The position numbers and the translations under genes are program-made. 64,000 nt of DNA, from assembly GCA_964019425.1 (NCBI GenBank), contig OZ025792.1:1302001-1366000 (forward strand), written 5' to 3'. Of this stretch, positions 47,901-58,178 are shown one piece after another. Each line of letters begins with the position of its first letter. Within the stretch, counting starts at the first letter, position 1. This DNA comes from Flectonema sp. DT1601. Its lineage: Eukaryota. The notes beneath the pieces were generated by a model, which saw only the letters and a program-made list of their open reading frames with translations, was not told the DNA's origin and made no database searches.

Positions 47901-50547
47901 CAATCATTTCACATGTTCCCATGCAGTCCGAAACATTTGGTCCGCAGGTCTTCACGCACTCATATGCGGCAGGGCAACGGAATCCAGCGATACCTCCACA
48001 TTGCATTGCAGTTGGTGGCTTCGTGTCAGGAGTAGAAGGCCTGGTGGATGGGGCAGCAGATGGAACACATTCACCTCCCTTCGCGGAATCCTCACAAACG
48101 TACCCGGCACCACATCTCATCATGGAGCAAGTAACAACCGGTGGTTTGGTACCGGGAGCCGCTGTCTTCGTAATCATTTCACATGTTCCCATGCAGTCCG
48201 AAACATTTGGTCCGCAGGTCTTTACGCACTCATATGCGGCAGGGCAACGGAATCCAGCGATACCTCCACATTGCATTGCAGTTGGCGGCTTCGTGTCAGG
48301 AGTAGAAGGCCTGGTGGATGGGGCAGCAGATGGAACACATTCACCTCCCTTCGCGGAATCCTCACAAACGTACCCGGCACCACATCTCATCATGGAGCAA
48401 GTAACAACCGGTGGTTTGGTACCGGGAGCCGCTGTCTTCGTAATCATTTCACATGTTCCCATGCAGTCCGAAACATTTGGTCCGCAGGTCTTTACGCACT
48501 CATATGCGGCAGGGCAACGGAATCCAGCGATACCTCCACATTGCATTGCAGTTGGCGGCTTCGTGTCAGGAGTAGAAGGCCTGGTGGATGGGGCAGCAGA
48601 TGGAACACATTCACCTCCCTTCGCGGAATCCTCACAAACGTACCCGGCACCACATCTCATCATGGAGCAAGTAACAACCGGTGGTTTGGTACCGGGAGCC
48701 GCTGTCTTCGTAATCATTTCACATGTTCCCATGCAGTCCGAAACATTTGGTCCGCAGGTCTTCACGCACTCATATGCAGCAGGGCAACGGAATCCAGCGA
48801 TACCTCCACATTGCATTGCAGTTGGTGGCTTCGTGTCAGGAGTAGAAGGCCTGGTGGCTGGGGCAGCAGATGGAACACATTCACCTCCCTTCGCGGAATC
48901 CTCACAAACGTACCCGGCACCACATCTCATCATGGAGCAAGTAACAACCGGTGGTTTGGTACCGGGAGCCGCTGTCTTCGTAATCATTTCACATGTTCCC
49001 ATGCAGTCCGAAACATTTGGTCCGCAGGTCTTTACGCACTCATATGCGGCAGGGCAACGGAATCCAGCGATACCTCCACATTGCATTGCAGTTGGCGGCT
49101 TCGTGTCAGGAGTAGAAGGCCTGGTGGATGGGGCAGCAGATGGAACACATTCACCTCCCTTCGCGGAATCCTCACAAACGTACCCGGCACCACATCTCAT
49201 CATGGAGCAAGTAACAACCGGTGGTTTGGTACCGGGAGCCGCTGTCTTCGTAATCATTTCACATGTTCCCATGCAGTCCGAAACATTTGGTCCGCAGGTC
49301 TTCACGCACTCATATGCGGCAGGGCAACGGAATCCAGCGATACCTCCACATTGCATTGCAGTTGGCGGCTTCGTGTCAGGAGTAGAAGGCCTGGTGGATG
49401 GGGCAGCAGATGGAACACATTCACCTCCCTTCGCGGAATCCTCACAAACGTACCCGGCACCACATCTCATCATGGAGCAAGTAACAACTGGTGGTTTGGT
49501 GTCAGGAACGTCCTTCTTACAGATACCCATGCAGTCAACAATACCCGCACACTGAGTTCCCAAGAAACAACTATGTCCATCAGGGCACTGTAGACCAGCC
49601 TTTCCACCACATTCCTGAGGTTTCTGTTCCATGCATTCTCCCATACAGTCCGTAGTACCAGCAGCACATGGAGGCATCACACAATCGTATCCAGTTGGGC
49701 ACCGAAGTCCTGCAATACCACCACACTTTGGTGTGGTTGGTGGTTTGGTGTCAGGAGTTGTTGTCTTTGGTACAATCATTTCACATGTTCCCATGCAGTC
49801 CGAAACATTTGGTCCGCAGGTCTTCACGCACTCATATGCGGCAGGGCAACGGAATCCAGCGATACCTCCACATTGCATTGCAGTTGGCGGCTTCGTGTCA
49901 GGAGTAGAAGGCCTGGTGGCTGGGGCAGCAGATGGAACACATTCACCTCCCTTCGCGGAATCCTCACAAACGTACCCGGCACCACATCTCATCACGGCGC
50001 AGGTAACAACTGGTGGTTTGGTGTCAGGAGTAGAAGGCCTGGTGGCTGGGACAGCAGATGGAACACATTCACCTCCCTTAGTGGAATCCTCACAAACGTA
50101 CCCGGCACCACATCTCATCACGGCGCAGGTAACAACTGGTGGTTTGGTGTCAGGAGTAGAAGGCCTGGTGGCTGGGGCAGCAGATGGAACACATTCACCT
50201 CCCTTCGCGGAATCCTCACAAACGTACCCGGCACCACATCTCATCATGGAGCAAGTAACAACCGGTGGTATGGTACCGGGAGCCGCTGTCTTCGTAATCA
50301 TTTCACATGTTCCCATGCAGTCCGAAACATTTGGTCCGCAGGTCTTCACGCACTCGTAACCAGCAGTGCACTGAAGCCCGGCAATACCTCCGCATTGAGC
50401 AGGCGTACTGGTGACAGAAGCACACTCAGGCTGCTTAGTCGCGGCATTCATAACGCAAGTTGTACCAACTTGGCATCTCAAGTTGGCGCAAGTTATCTGC
50501 TGACCTTGAGTCAGATATGCCAGCATGCTTAAGATTAGAATCCTCAT
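44947..50547 (-). CDS. Cys-rich tandem-repeat type I membrane (surface) protein, 1866 aa
   Basis: Signal peptide MRILILSMLAYLTQG. Repeated 4-Cys modules (CSMMRCGAGYVC..CVP; CGGIAGFRCP..YEC...DCMGTC), a pacifastin-like module (DCNTCTC...CTEKAC), W..WCC...GC repeats, and a C-terminal TM segment (IIYGIVGAVAALCIGGALVAF) followed by KKN. Confidence 0.9.
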   Translation of the reverse strand: MRILILSMLAYLTQGQQITCANLRCQVGTTCVMNAATKQPECASVTSTPAQCGGIAGLQCTAGYECVKTCGPNVSDCMGTCEMITKTAAPGTIPPVVTCSMMRCGAGYVCEDSAKGGECVPSAAPATRPSTPDTKPPVVTCAVMRCGAGYVCEDSTKGGECVPSAVPATRPSTPDTKPPVVTCAVMRCGAGYVCEDSAKGGECVPSAAPATRPSTPDTKPPTAMQCGGIAGFRCPAAYECVKTCGPNVSDCMGTCEMIVPKTTTPDTKPPTTPKCGGIAGLRCPTGYDCVMPPCAAGTTDCMGECMEQKPQECGGKAGLQCPDGHSCFLGTQCAGIVDCMGICKKDVPDTKPPVVTCSMMRCGAGYVCEDSAKGGECVPSAAPSTRPSTPDTKPPTAMQCGGIAGFRCPAAYECVKTCGPNVSDCMGTCEMITKTAAPGTKPPVVTCSMMRCGAGYVCEDSAKGGECVPSAAPSTRPSTPDTKPPTAMQCGGIAGFRCPAAYECVKTCGPNVSDCMGTCEMITKTAAPGTKPPVVTCSMMRCGAGYVCEDSAKGGECVPSAAPATRPSTPDTKPPTAMQCGGIAGFRCPAAYECVKTCGPNVSDCMGTCEMITKTAAPGTKPPVVTCSMMRCGAGYVCEDSAKGGECVPSAAPSTRPSTPDTKPPTAMQCGGIAGFRCPAAYECVKTCGPNVSDCMGTCEMITKTAAPGTKPPVVTCSMMRCGAGYVCEDSAKGGECVPSAAPSTRPSTPDTKPPTAMQCGGIAGFRCPAAYECVKTCGPNVSDCMGTCEMITKTAAPGTKPPVVTCSMMRCGAGYVCEDSAKGGECVPSAAPSTRPSTPDTKPPTAMQCGGIAGFRCPAAYECVKTCGPNVSDCMGTCEMIVPKTTTPDTKPPTTPKCGGIAGLRCPTGYDCMMPPCAAGTTDCIGECMEQKPQECGGKAGLQCPDGHSCFLGTQCAGIVDCMGICKKDVPDTKPPVVTCSMMRCGAGYVCEDSAKGGECVPSAAPATRPSTPDTKPPTAMQCGGIAGFRCPAAYECVKTCGPNVSDCMGTCEMITKTAAPGTKSPAECKDGEKKQKDCNTCTCRKGMFVCTEKACEQRCGGIGGLRCPVGFKCEGSCPPGMTDCMGTCKEDRPVSGKVCKSSDDCAKSEFCRQVQDAKSSGCGKEMVCTPRAKKGDMCGGYTTPCYHSVCLSSLKCVTSQMIMDAPGTCVEPILAVGEVCRVEDVTTWMAVDRSVDCPKGTKCTMQGDSKEWKCVVSSVARCVPTSCGDEEKCVIEKGSVRCIAPTVDDKCNLKMDRSILCAAGGLCQKGYACTGCQQTCKCDVRGNKVCTKECRPTCEKVDDKTDCMTEPVSEWDTLGCRTYSCFGFTRSASIEEMKYCCEKTGRYCKKDEDDKFDCKSDPKGWSFAQRKWCCEERQVGCPVAKFDCSVPDDSVQIMKGADGFLQTSVVDVSMWDEKRAAYCCEKFQVGCPADKDQFDCDWSTTTFAPWSDAQSEWCCAVKGIRCPEKEVEGGKTEEEKKCQAKRDERQAWGEDTRKYCCLNEGAGCATEKYDCYGDSRKMSKWSAHQKDWCCDEENIACKVDCRADANVLAESEKKDCCSSKGLHCGKDEIVDVDPVDEKKHRRSIRLSFKGSIAKILENPKRFLRKFRKTILRVSKGLKPSNLLIKYVGGLMKDNAVPPQDARERWGTTIPSSWNTKLFADEDATAFNRGVATLGHGVSSTREQQTMGDQGSFIDLDIQDDDAALVDSLTDVLRSSIEESRVGGGPLRDNGDGSTVIVEPIGKGMEELPSPSNDDKKDDNSSIIYGIVGAVAALCIGGALVAFTVYKKNQNKTSIEGGEFLSAMEEVQSTPAPKEVQVTRI
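47353..50400. repeat. Coding tandem repeat array: 270-bp units, 126-bp subunits and a higher-order duplication offset by 1872 bp
   Basis: Lines at 48001, 48541 and 49081 are near-identical (540 = 2 x 270). The block around 47598-47795 recurs at 49470-49667. Three 42-aa units lie at about 49890-50270. Confidence 0.95.
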
Positions 50548-53500
50548 CGTTTGTTTGTTTTGTAATCTGAAGGTAAGAAATCAGACTGATTAAGAAGCTA
50601 CCAAAGTGATTAAATTTAAAATGCAAACACACCAGCAGCAGACATGAATAATGTTACCCAATACTGTAAGAGAAGGTGTGAATGAAACTCGTATCAACCA
50701 GAAGTACTAAAAAAAATACCAATCAAACACGTGTGGAGAATAGGTCGCCCTGAAGAGACTGGCAAAACAGACTACAAAACCTAACGTAAATTTGAAATAA
50801 ACTAAAAGAGAGAGAAGAGAGAGAAAAGAGAGATGCAAAAAGATATGAACCAAAAACAGTTCAAGAAGGCGTTGCTTGGTTGAGAGAAAAGGGATCCAAA
50901 AAAAAAGAAAGAAAAAAGCAACGAAAATCCCTGACCAAAAATATCATGTGGGACGAATGAAGATATCTCTTTCATTCATTTTGCCAATGGAATTGTTAAT
51001 CACATAGCCATCAAATACCTATTTCTGAGTAAAACAGTTGTCTCTCACATCAGAAAGAGTAAGCATGATTGATTGTTGTACCGCAGGACCGAAGTCATTA
51101 TCGCTGTGTTTACTTGTGTTGACTAAAGCTGTCTGTAACTAAGTTCTTATAATACACTCGCGCCAATGAAATATGCTATGCTCGTATATAAAGGGAAAAA
51201 GACCCACAGGCTCGCTTTACTTGCAGAGTAAGCGGGAAGAAAGTATGCCCAGAGTAGTAAAATAAAAATATATTTAAGAAGAAAAAGAATTATAAACTGG
51301 AAGAGCAGAGCAGAAGAACACAGCGCTGCAGTGATTTCTTCGCAAGATTCGAACCTGCCAACTAAATATCTCTCGTGGGGTATGTCAATACGAAAAGTGT
51401 TCACAAAATGCGTTCACTCGAAAACAAAAGAAAATAACCAAACAATAAGAAAGTACGAGGGGAAAAAACCCCCAGCTTAATATGAAAAATGAAAGCACTG
51501 ATGGAAAGCAACAGAAACCTACTACGGCCCCCTTTATCGCCCTTTAAAGGGGAACACCCACAGAAGATTTCACGACCTGTAGCTAAACAGTTGAGAAACT
51601 TAATAGTGAAGAGGGGATGATGGAAAAAAGGTAATATATAAAATAAAATTGTGGTCAGCTAATGGGCAAATTGAGGTCAGCTAATAAGGGGTAAAAAAAT
51701 AATTAATAGATAGATAGATAGAAAATAATAACCGACTCTCACTAAATGCTGAAATATAATAACGGGAAGTAAGAAGAAGAAAAAAAAAAAAAGAAAACAG
51801 AGAGAAGGTCAAAAGCAACCAACCAATGCTGTCAGTGAGAATTCCCTTTTATCTCAGATAGAATTTGAGTTAATTATAAGATAATACACTGAATCAAAAC
51901 ATATTGTTCTGCTGTGAAATCTTATACTACTTGTTTCAGGTAGTTGGGTTAGTGTATTTTTTCAAACAAATATGCGACGTTCCACAAATCAGCTAGCTGC
52001 GCAATGGACCTCGCATCCTAATAGAAGGATTGCCTTGGGTTTATCATGTAAGAAGAGATGACTACACAACCCTTGTCCAATCGCAAAAGACAGCCAACAT
52101 TAACGAAGAACAGACGAAGAGAATTGCTCTATACATTAAAATAAAAAAAAAAAAGACAAACCGTCTTATTCGATAACGGTGACTAAATAAGTAAAGAGCG
52201 TGTGTGTGGGTCCATAAGAAAAATGAGATTTAAATAAAGGTTTTTGGTAGTGGTACAAATTTAAATGATAAAGTTGAAAACTCCTATGAAATATTTCAGG
52301 CATTAGTTATTGAGTCTGCAATGTGTTACACTTGACTCTCTTGAACACCTCGTATCACCATGTGGTAGTAGTAACGTGTGTCATCATCAGGAGGGAAAAA
52401 ATGGATAGCCACAACAAAAACTTCTGGACTGGTAAACTCTATTCGAAAAATTAAAAAAAAAAAAAATGAAAAAAACAAGTAGGAAAAACAGAACAAAGAA
52501 AAAAAAAAAAAAAAAAAATAGGAACAATACTCTAAGATGAAATGAAGAACGTAGGGGGGGAAAAAAAAAAGAAATAAAAAATTATATAAATTATTAGCAC
52601 ACCAAAGAACCATAACAACGTTGAGAGGTTCTGTATAAAAAAGAAATTCTCATATTATGGTATTTCGATTTTTATTTTGAATATTATTTCTATCGACAAA
52701 GCAAGGCTCTAGACACTGAGCTCAATCTATTATCGCTGTACGCAACACACAAAAGTAACAAAAGAGGATCAGTAAATAACTAACCCGGATATATTTGTAA
52801 ATGACCGACATATGACAAAGTGATGCCTATTTCATCTACACTCCTGCTCTTTTAACCGTTACTGAAAGAATAACCGTAAACGAATACCTGCTAAAAGGAT
52901 TGATATGAAAAAAAAAAAAAAAAAAATTAAAAAAAAGCTTATAAATGAAGTGAACCAATCCTTAGCCATAAGAATTTCCGCTAAAAAACGGAGTTAGTAG
53001 AAATGAGTAAGAAGTTAAATCAAAAGAAGAGAAAGAATTCGGCATCTCACTAAATATTTCTCACATTTTATTTTGGTTTTGTTTGTACGCAACCGAAAAC
53101 AAGCCAATAAAGTAATGGGTGTCAACGTTTCGTTACGCTGCCATAATTCTCTTTCGCTCATCTTCGAGATGGGAAAAAAAAAACACTCCCGTGTGTGCTT
53201 TTTTTTTTTTTTTTTGAGTTGAAAAATTGTTTTGACAATAAATATTTGGAACCAGCTGGTCACCATCTGAAAAGTGATGCTCGTTCCTGTGGTCTGTATT
53301 TCGCACAAGTTAAAACAAAAGGAATGAATAAGAAATAGAAAATGGAAACTAAAACATAAGTAACAGAGCTAAGCTGTATTGAAGTTATCAACACACAACA
53401 GGTACAGAAACAGTAACATTAAAGACACCGCAATGCTCGACGACACCAGAGGAAGTTCCAACAGTCAACGTACATGACGAACATTAGTAATCGTCTAGAG

Positions 53501-54318
53501 AGTTGCCGGGCGTGTTTGGATCCGTAAGTCTCGAAAAAAAAAAAAAAAAATGAAATTTAAATTGAAATTGCATGTTCTGTAATTCCCAATTAAAACATTT
53601 GGGACATAGACGTGATGACGCTTGCCTTAACAAGGGAGTTGAGGCAGCATCAGGATTGCTTTTTTTTTTTTTTTTTTTTTTTTTCAATTATTAGTGGTGT
53701 AGTAGATCTAGGTTTATATATTCAGGGGGGGGATCGATCCTCGTCGGATCACGTTATTACTTATATTCCAATTGGATAAAAAAACGTAAAGTAATACCCC
53801 TCCCCCTGTTGGATAATAAAATAAGGACAACAAAAAGTAAAGTAGTTCTCTCTGTAGTTGTTATAATAGACAAAGGCTTCAAGCTTTAATTCCAGGGAGA
53901 GTTACTAAAATAAACGATTTATGATACAATAGTTGACTAAAGATTTAATTTCAGAGAGGGTGGGGAAAAAAAATTGATTAAAATTTTAGATAATTCTTTT
54001 TTCCTTTTTTCTTTAAATTAGACGGAAGGGAGCACAAGAGACAAATTGATTTTGCCCCACCACTCCCACTCCCACTTCCATTTTCTTATTACTCATTTTC
54101 TAATTGGATAAAATAAAGAATACCCCTTCTCAACTCTTAGAACAAGTTTGAGTTGGAATATACATAAATGGGATAATCAAACTGGTAACCAAAACAACGA
54201 GAAAACGTAAGTAACGATACACGATGAATTCTTAATGTTTCTTTCTTTTTAATTCGAAATAATACTTTTTATAGACCATTAGTCATGATTAGCACCAACA
54301 CAACATGTGATTTCAATA

Positions 54319-56580
54319 TTACTTACCAACGTAAGGATGCATTCCAAGAATACCAACCTCAGGTCTATCAGAAGCTACTTCCTTTAGACATTGAGCGGCA
54401 AAGTCATGTGCATCGTGTCCACCCATCGCTTCAATACTTGGAAGCTCAATATCGACTTCTCCTTTTGACATTCTACGACAGAATAAGAAAGGGCTGAAGT
54501 CACCTGTTAATGAGAATGGAATCTTTCCTGTCGCACACTGACAGGCCAGAATACCTAATCCCCAAATGTCAGTTGGCTTTTCTGCTTCACCTCTACAAGC
54601 CTCAGGTGACATGTAGATTGGAGTTCCGACAATTTTACCGGCTTCAGTTTTACCCAACTTTGCAGTACCAAAGTCAGCAATTTTGCATTGACCGTCTGTG
54701 TGTAGAAGTACATTCCCAGGCTTTATATCATAGTGAGTAATATTACGACCATGTAAGAATTTAAGTCCCTTCATTATGTCTTTGACGTATCTTCGTAGTG
54801 CGGTGTGAGGTAATTGACCGAACTGTTCTATAAGTGATTGTAAGGATCCACCAGGTACATATTCCATACAGATGACAACACTTCCAGTGACGACACCACT
54901 TCCAATGTATGAGACAATATTATCGTGTCGTTGTTGTGATAAGATAGTGACTTCATTAATGATTGATTCCACTTCTAGTTGTTGTTGAGTTTGTTTATGA
55001 GGACTTCCTGGTCGTGTGTTTAGTTTTAATGTTTTTAACGCAACGAGACACCCGTTTGATCCGAGTCCAAGTTTTACAGCACCCAGAGCACCACAACCAA
55101 GTATTTTATCGGCTATTCTCCATGGGTCTCCGTGAGTATCAATGAAATTAGTTGCGAATTCTTCTTCTTCATCAGATGTGTACGTCGATGAGCTGCTGAG
55201 AAGATCATCCGCAGCTCCTTTAATTGCTTCACGGAGTCCAAGTGCATCAGACTCATTGTGATTTACTGGTGCGTCCAGATACCTCATTGTCATGGAGATA
55301 GAAAATGATTTGCAAGATGAGTCGGGAAGAAGTTGATTAGTACTTCCATACTTAAACTCTTCCCAATTATCTAACCGTCTGACGTAAGGGTTTGGGATTG
55401 GTGCTCGGCGGATACCCGAAGTTGCTATTTTTCGAAGTCTCTTCACTTGTCTGTCCGAATCGATCTGATCGAGTGTTTGAGCTGCTTCCTTAAACTTGTG
55501 AAGACGAATATCACGAAAGGCAGATGCGAATAGTTGTGTGTTTGGTTGATTCTCAAGAGTTTTATTATCCTTCTCACCCAATACTTCATGAACTACTATA
55601 GTTGGTCCACAATGACGAGGCATATCAGCGTGAACCACATCAACAGGTCTTGATTCGATAACGCTGTCGACAATATCGATGACTGACTCAGCAGCTACAA
55701 AATGACAGTTTATAAAAGACCCTAATGATGATAAGTGAGGTAATTGTAACATTGCATCACCAACAGCACAGGGTGATTTGTTAGTTTGTCCTACTACCAG
55801 TTCTCCTGATGACGCGGCGATGACCCATCCACGACCCCCAACTTTTCTCAATTCGTTTGCACAAGCAAGACCACATTGGACTGCATGAAGAGCATGTTGA
55901 ACGTCAGGTTTGTGTGTGTTCCAACTACAGGTGACTTCATTGTGACTTGTTTGAAATATTGTTCCGTGAAAATTCTTAACTTTACGAGCAATACACTGAA
56001 TGGCTGCAACTGATGTTCTAAAATGTGACTCCGAAGGGGATCCAATGGCTGGGGGTTCAGCAACAACAATACTGAGAACTGTACCTCTTTTTATTTTAAT
56101 TTCTCTAGGAGACATTACCATTGGAGAGAGGCAACGATCCCTATCGAGAGTACTGAATGACAACAGTTTAGAATCGTTTGGATCATCTTCTTCAAAGAAG
56201 TCAGTTGTGACAGCTGGACAGGTATTAAACCTTTTTGGAGAACCAAGAAACGAAGAAGATTCCGAAGGACACTCTCGCAGTAAAGAGTCGTCCGCATCAT
56301 TATCATTCTGATTATCATAAGTAGACGATGCTAAAGTTGCGGGAATATGAACATCACACATAAGAGAACCTGATTGAATAGGCATCTCATAAAGATTTGA
56401 CATCTCAAAGAGAGATGCGCTCCTGACACTTACAACCATCGACTCCATTGCCTGTCTTATTTTATCATCATCAATACCACTGCACTCTGATGTTGACCAT
56501 TCGGTTGGATGAGTGGCAGCCAGTTGTTCCAAAACGAGTATTAATTCATCGCGTTCTGAGTCTAAATTATAACGTTCCAT
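54319..56580 (-). CDS. Degenerate class III nucleotidyl cyclase-like domain fused to an STE11/MEKK-like Ser/Thr kinase
   Basis: Kinase motifs LGCGALGAV, VALK, HDNIV, MEYVPGGSL, HYDIKPGNVL, DFG, GTPIYMSPE and DIWGLG. The upstream region (HGTI.....NEVTCSWN, HALHAVQC, SSGELVVG, AVGDAM, RPVDVV, VHEVLG) has a cyclase-like order of motifs but lacks clear catalytic Asp residues. Confidence 0.85.
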   Translation of the reverse strand: MERYNLDSERDELILVLEQLAATHPTEWSTSECSGIDDDKIRQAMESMVVSVRSASLFEMSNLYEMPIQSGSLMCDVHIPATLASSTYDNQNDNDADDSLLRECPSESSSFLGSPKRFNTCPAVTTDFFEEDDPNDSKLLSFSTLDRDRCLSPMVMSPREIKIKRGTVLSIVVAEPPAIGSPSESHFRTSVAAIQCIARKVKNFHGTIFQTSHNEVTCSWNTHKPDVQHALHAVQCGLACANELRKVGGRGWVIAASSGELVVGQTNKSPCAVGDAMLQLPHLSSLGSFINCHFVAAESVIDIVDSVIESRPVDVVHADMPRHCGPTIVVHEVLGEKDNKTLENQPNTQLFASAFRDIRLHKFKEAAQTLDQIDSDRQVKRLRKIATSGIRRAPIPNPYVRRLDNWEEFKYGSTNQLLPDSSCKSFSISMTMRYLDAPVNHNESDALGLREAIKGAADDLLSSSSTYTSDEEEEFATNFIDTHGDPWRIADKILGCGALGAVKLGLGSNGCLVALKTLKLNTRPGSPHKQTQQQLEVESIINEVTILSQQRHDNIVSYIGSGVVTGSVVICMEYVPGGSLQSLIEQFGQLPHTALRRYVKDIMKGLKFLHGRNITHYDIKPGNVLLHTDGQCKIADFGTAKLGKTEAGKIVGTPIYMSPEACRGEAEKPTDIWGLGILACQCATGKIPFSLTGDFSPFLFCRRMSKGEVDIELPSIEAMGGHDAHDFAAQCLKEVASDRPEVGILGMHPYVGK

Positions 56581-56744
56581 TTTATTACTGTCGAGGATAA
56601 TAAATTAGATAAAAGAAGTATCAATACTGTCGTCGGGGATAACATATTTCTGACAACCATATTTATATTATCAAACCTGTGTTGTGTAATGAACGAAATG
56701 AGATGGAATCATTAAAAAGATAAAAAGGAATCGAATAGAATCGA

Positions 56745-57884
56745 TTATCGTTCGGATTCACATTTTGAGCATCTGCAGATAAACCCGTATCCTATCAAAT
56801 CTTTGTCTCGTTCTGTCTTTGACAGCGAATGATCAATATAAGAAATACATATCTCATCACCTATTTGAATATCCCTAACAGCGATCATATGACAATAAGC
56901 AGACTGTTGTGACACATCAGTAACTATCTCAGCATTAGGATTACAGCTATGATTAGCACAAGACTGAATTGTGTATAAAGCTGTTCCACTAGCTGGTGAT
57001 AAACAGTCGAGACCAGAATACTTATTACACTCTTCCGGAAACTTATCCAAGTATTGATGGACTGGTGATGGTATGGTAACTGCAAGTGCATTCTTCTCAA
57101 ACATTGAAATTATCGAAGAAAAGTTCTCTGTGCACACTAATGCTGATGTCCACTCGTCAAGGTATCTACTTAGACCAGACTGAAGTAGTCTTACTGCCTG
57201 AAATGTTCTGATCTTCATGTCTGTGATTTCTTTTTTACTAGTCTCACCTGTACCATCCCACCAGGTTTTAGCCCTGCAGACTCCAGCATACGGTTCCCAG
57301 GCAATTGAAAATGACTTTGATGTCATGTACCGTACAATTACAGAGGCGACAACTCGAGCAGCAGCGTAAAATATATAATTCTCCGAATGGGAAATACAAT
57401 AGCGGTCGAAAGACGACATTCGAGGATTCTTTGATGAACATAAGACCTGATGATAATCACAGAATGCACTCTTCTCACACTCGACGCTACAAAAATAAGT
57501 CCCGCAATTCATACGACAAGGGATTGGTACACCAATGTCTGAAGGCTTCTTCAATGCGGCTACAGACTTGCATTCCAGACGGATAAGAATCTCCGCGCTG
57601 ACTAAAAACTTTTTGCAATTATGACAAAGTTGATCTTCTCCTTCTTGTTGACTTACTAGCGGTTGTTCATTTAAGATTGTTTCTCCTTTTCTTATCTTTT
57701 TAATCGCAAATAGTCCCTTACCTCTAAATTTATTTGCATATTTCACGACTATCTTTGATTTTGGTTGCCGTTTTGGACATTTTTGGGTTATTGCAATTTT
57801 TACTTTTTTAGAGGCTCGGCGATTGCATCCCCACACTGCACCTTTTTGAAATAATTTCCATCTGCTATTTAGATGTTGTACCAT
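56745..57884 (-). CDS. SET and MYND domain lysine methyltransferase (SMYD5-like)
   Basis: GKGLFA...I.KGETILNEQPLV, a split MYND finger (CHNC...CRMNC..YFCSVEC...YHQVLC), ANHSCNPNA, GDEICISY and post-SET FICRCSKC. Confidence 0.9.
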   Translation of the reverse strand: MVQHLNSRWKLFQKGAVWGCNRRASKKVKIAITQKCPKRQPKSKIVVKYANKFRGKGLFAIKKIRKGETILNEQPLVSQQEGEDQLCHNCKKFLVSAEILIRLECKSVAALKKPSDIGVPIPCRMNCGTYFCSVECEKSAFCDYHQVLCSSKNPRMSSFDRYCISHSENYIFYAAARVVASVIVRYMTSKSFSIAWEPYAGVCRAKTWWDGTGETSKKEITDMKIRTFQAVRLLQSGLSRYLDEWTSALVCTENFSSIISMFEKNALAVTIPSPVHQYLDKFPEECNKYSGLDCLSPASGTALYTIQSCANHSCNPNAEIVTDVSQQSAYCHMIAVRDIQIGDEICISYIDHSLSKTERDKDLIGYGFICRCSKCESER

Positions 57885-58008
57885 GGAACTATAAAGAAAA
57901 AATGATCGTGAGAATTTTTTTTATTTTTTTTTTCGTTGCTGAATTCGAACGACGTGCTATAATAACAACTAATAAAAATAACAAATAAAATACAAACAGA
58001 ACGATTTC

Positions 58009-58039
<31 letters not shown>

Positions 58040-58178
58040 TCTTCTTCCTGTTTCTTTTTTCAACCTTATCTACTGTAAAGCAGAATCAGCAAAAATAGAA
58101 AAAGAGAAAAAAAAAGTGAAAAGATATAGCGATAAGAGTGTAAATGCAACAAAAAAAAAAAAAAAAAAAAAAAAAATC

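Noticed and set aside
47900..49500. Regular repeat array as a possible CRISPR
   Set aside because: The units are contiguous 270-bp coding repeats with no unique spacers, there are no cas genes, and the context is eukaryotic.
47123..50532. Long plus-strand ORFs (598, 530, 242, 219 aa)
   Set aside because: They are antisense shadows of the repeated Cys-rich coding sequence; a stop-free unit repeated in tandem gives long ORFs automatically.
53395..53428. Minus-strand TTACTGTTTCTGTACCTGTTG resembling the 3' part of a euglenozoan spliced leader
   Set aside because: Only a core of about 10 nt matches my recollection of the SL, and there is no full 39-nt exon or SL RNA structure.
53770..54130. Recurring AATTGGATAAAA...AATACCCC motif
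   Set aside because: Short, AT-rich and degenerate, with no TIR/TSD or other support for an element.
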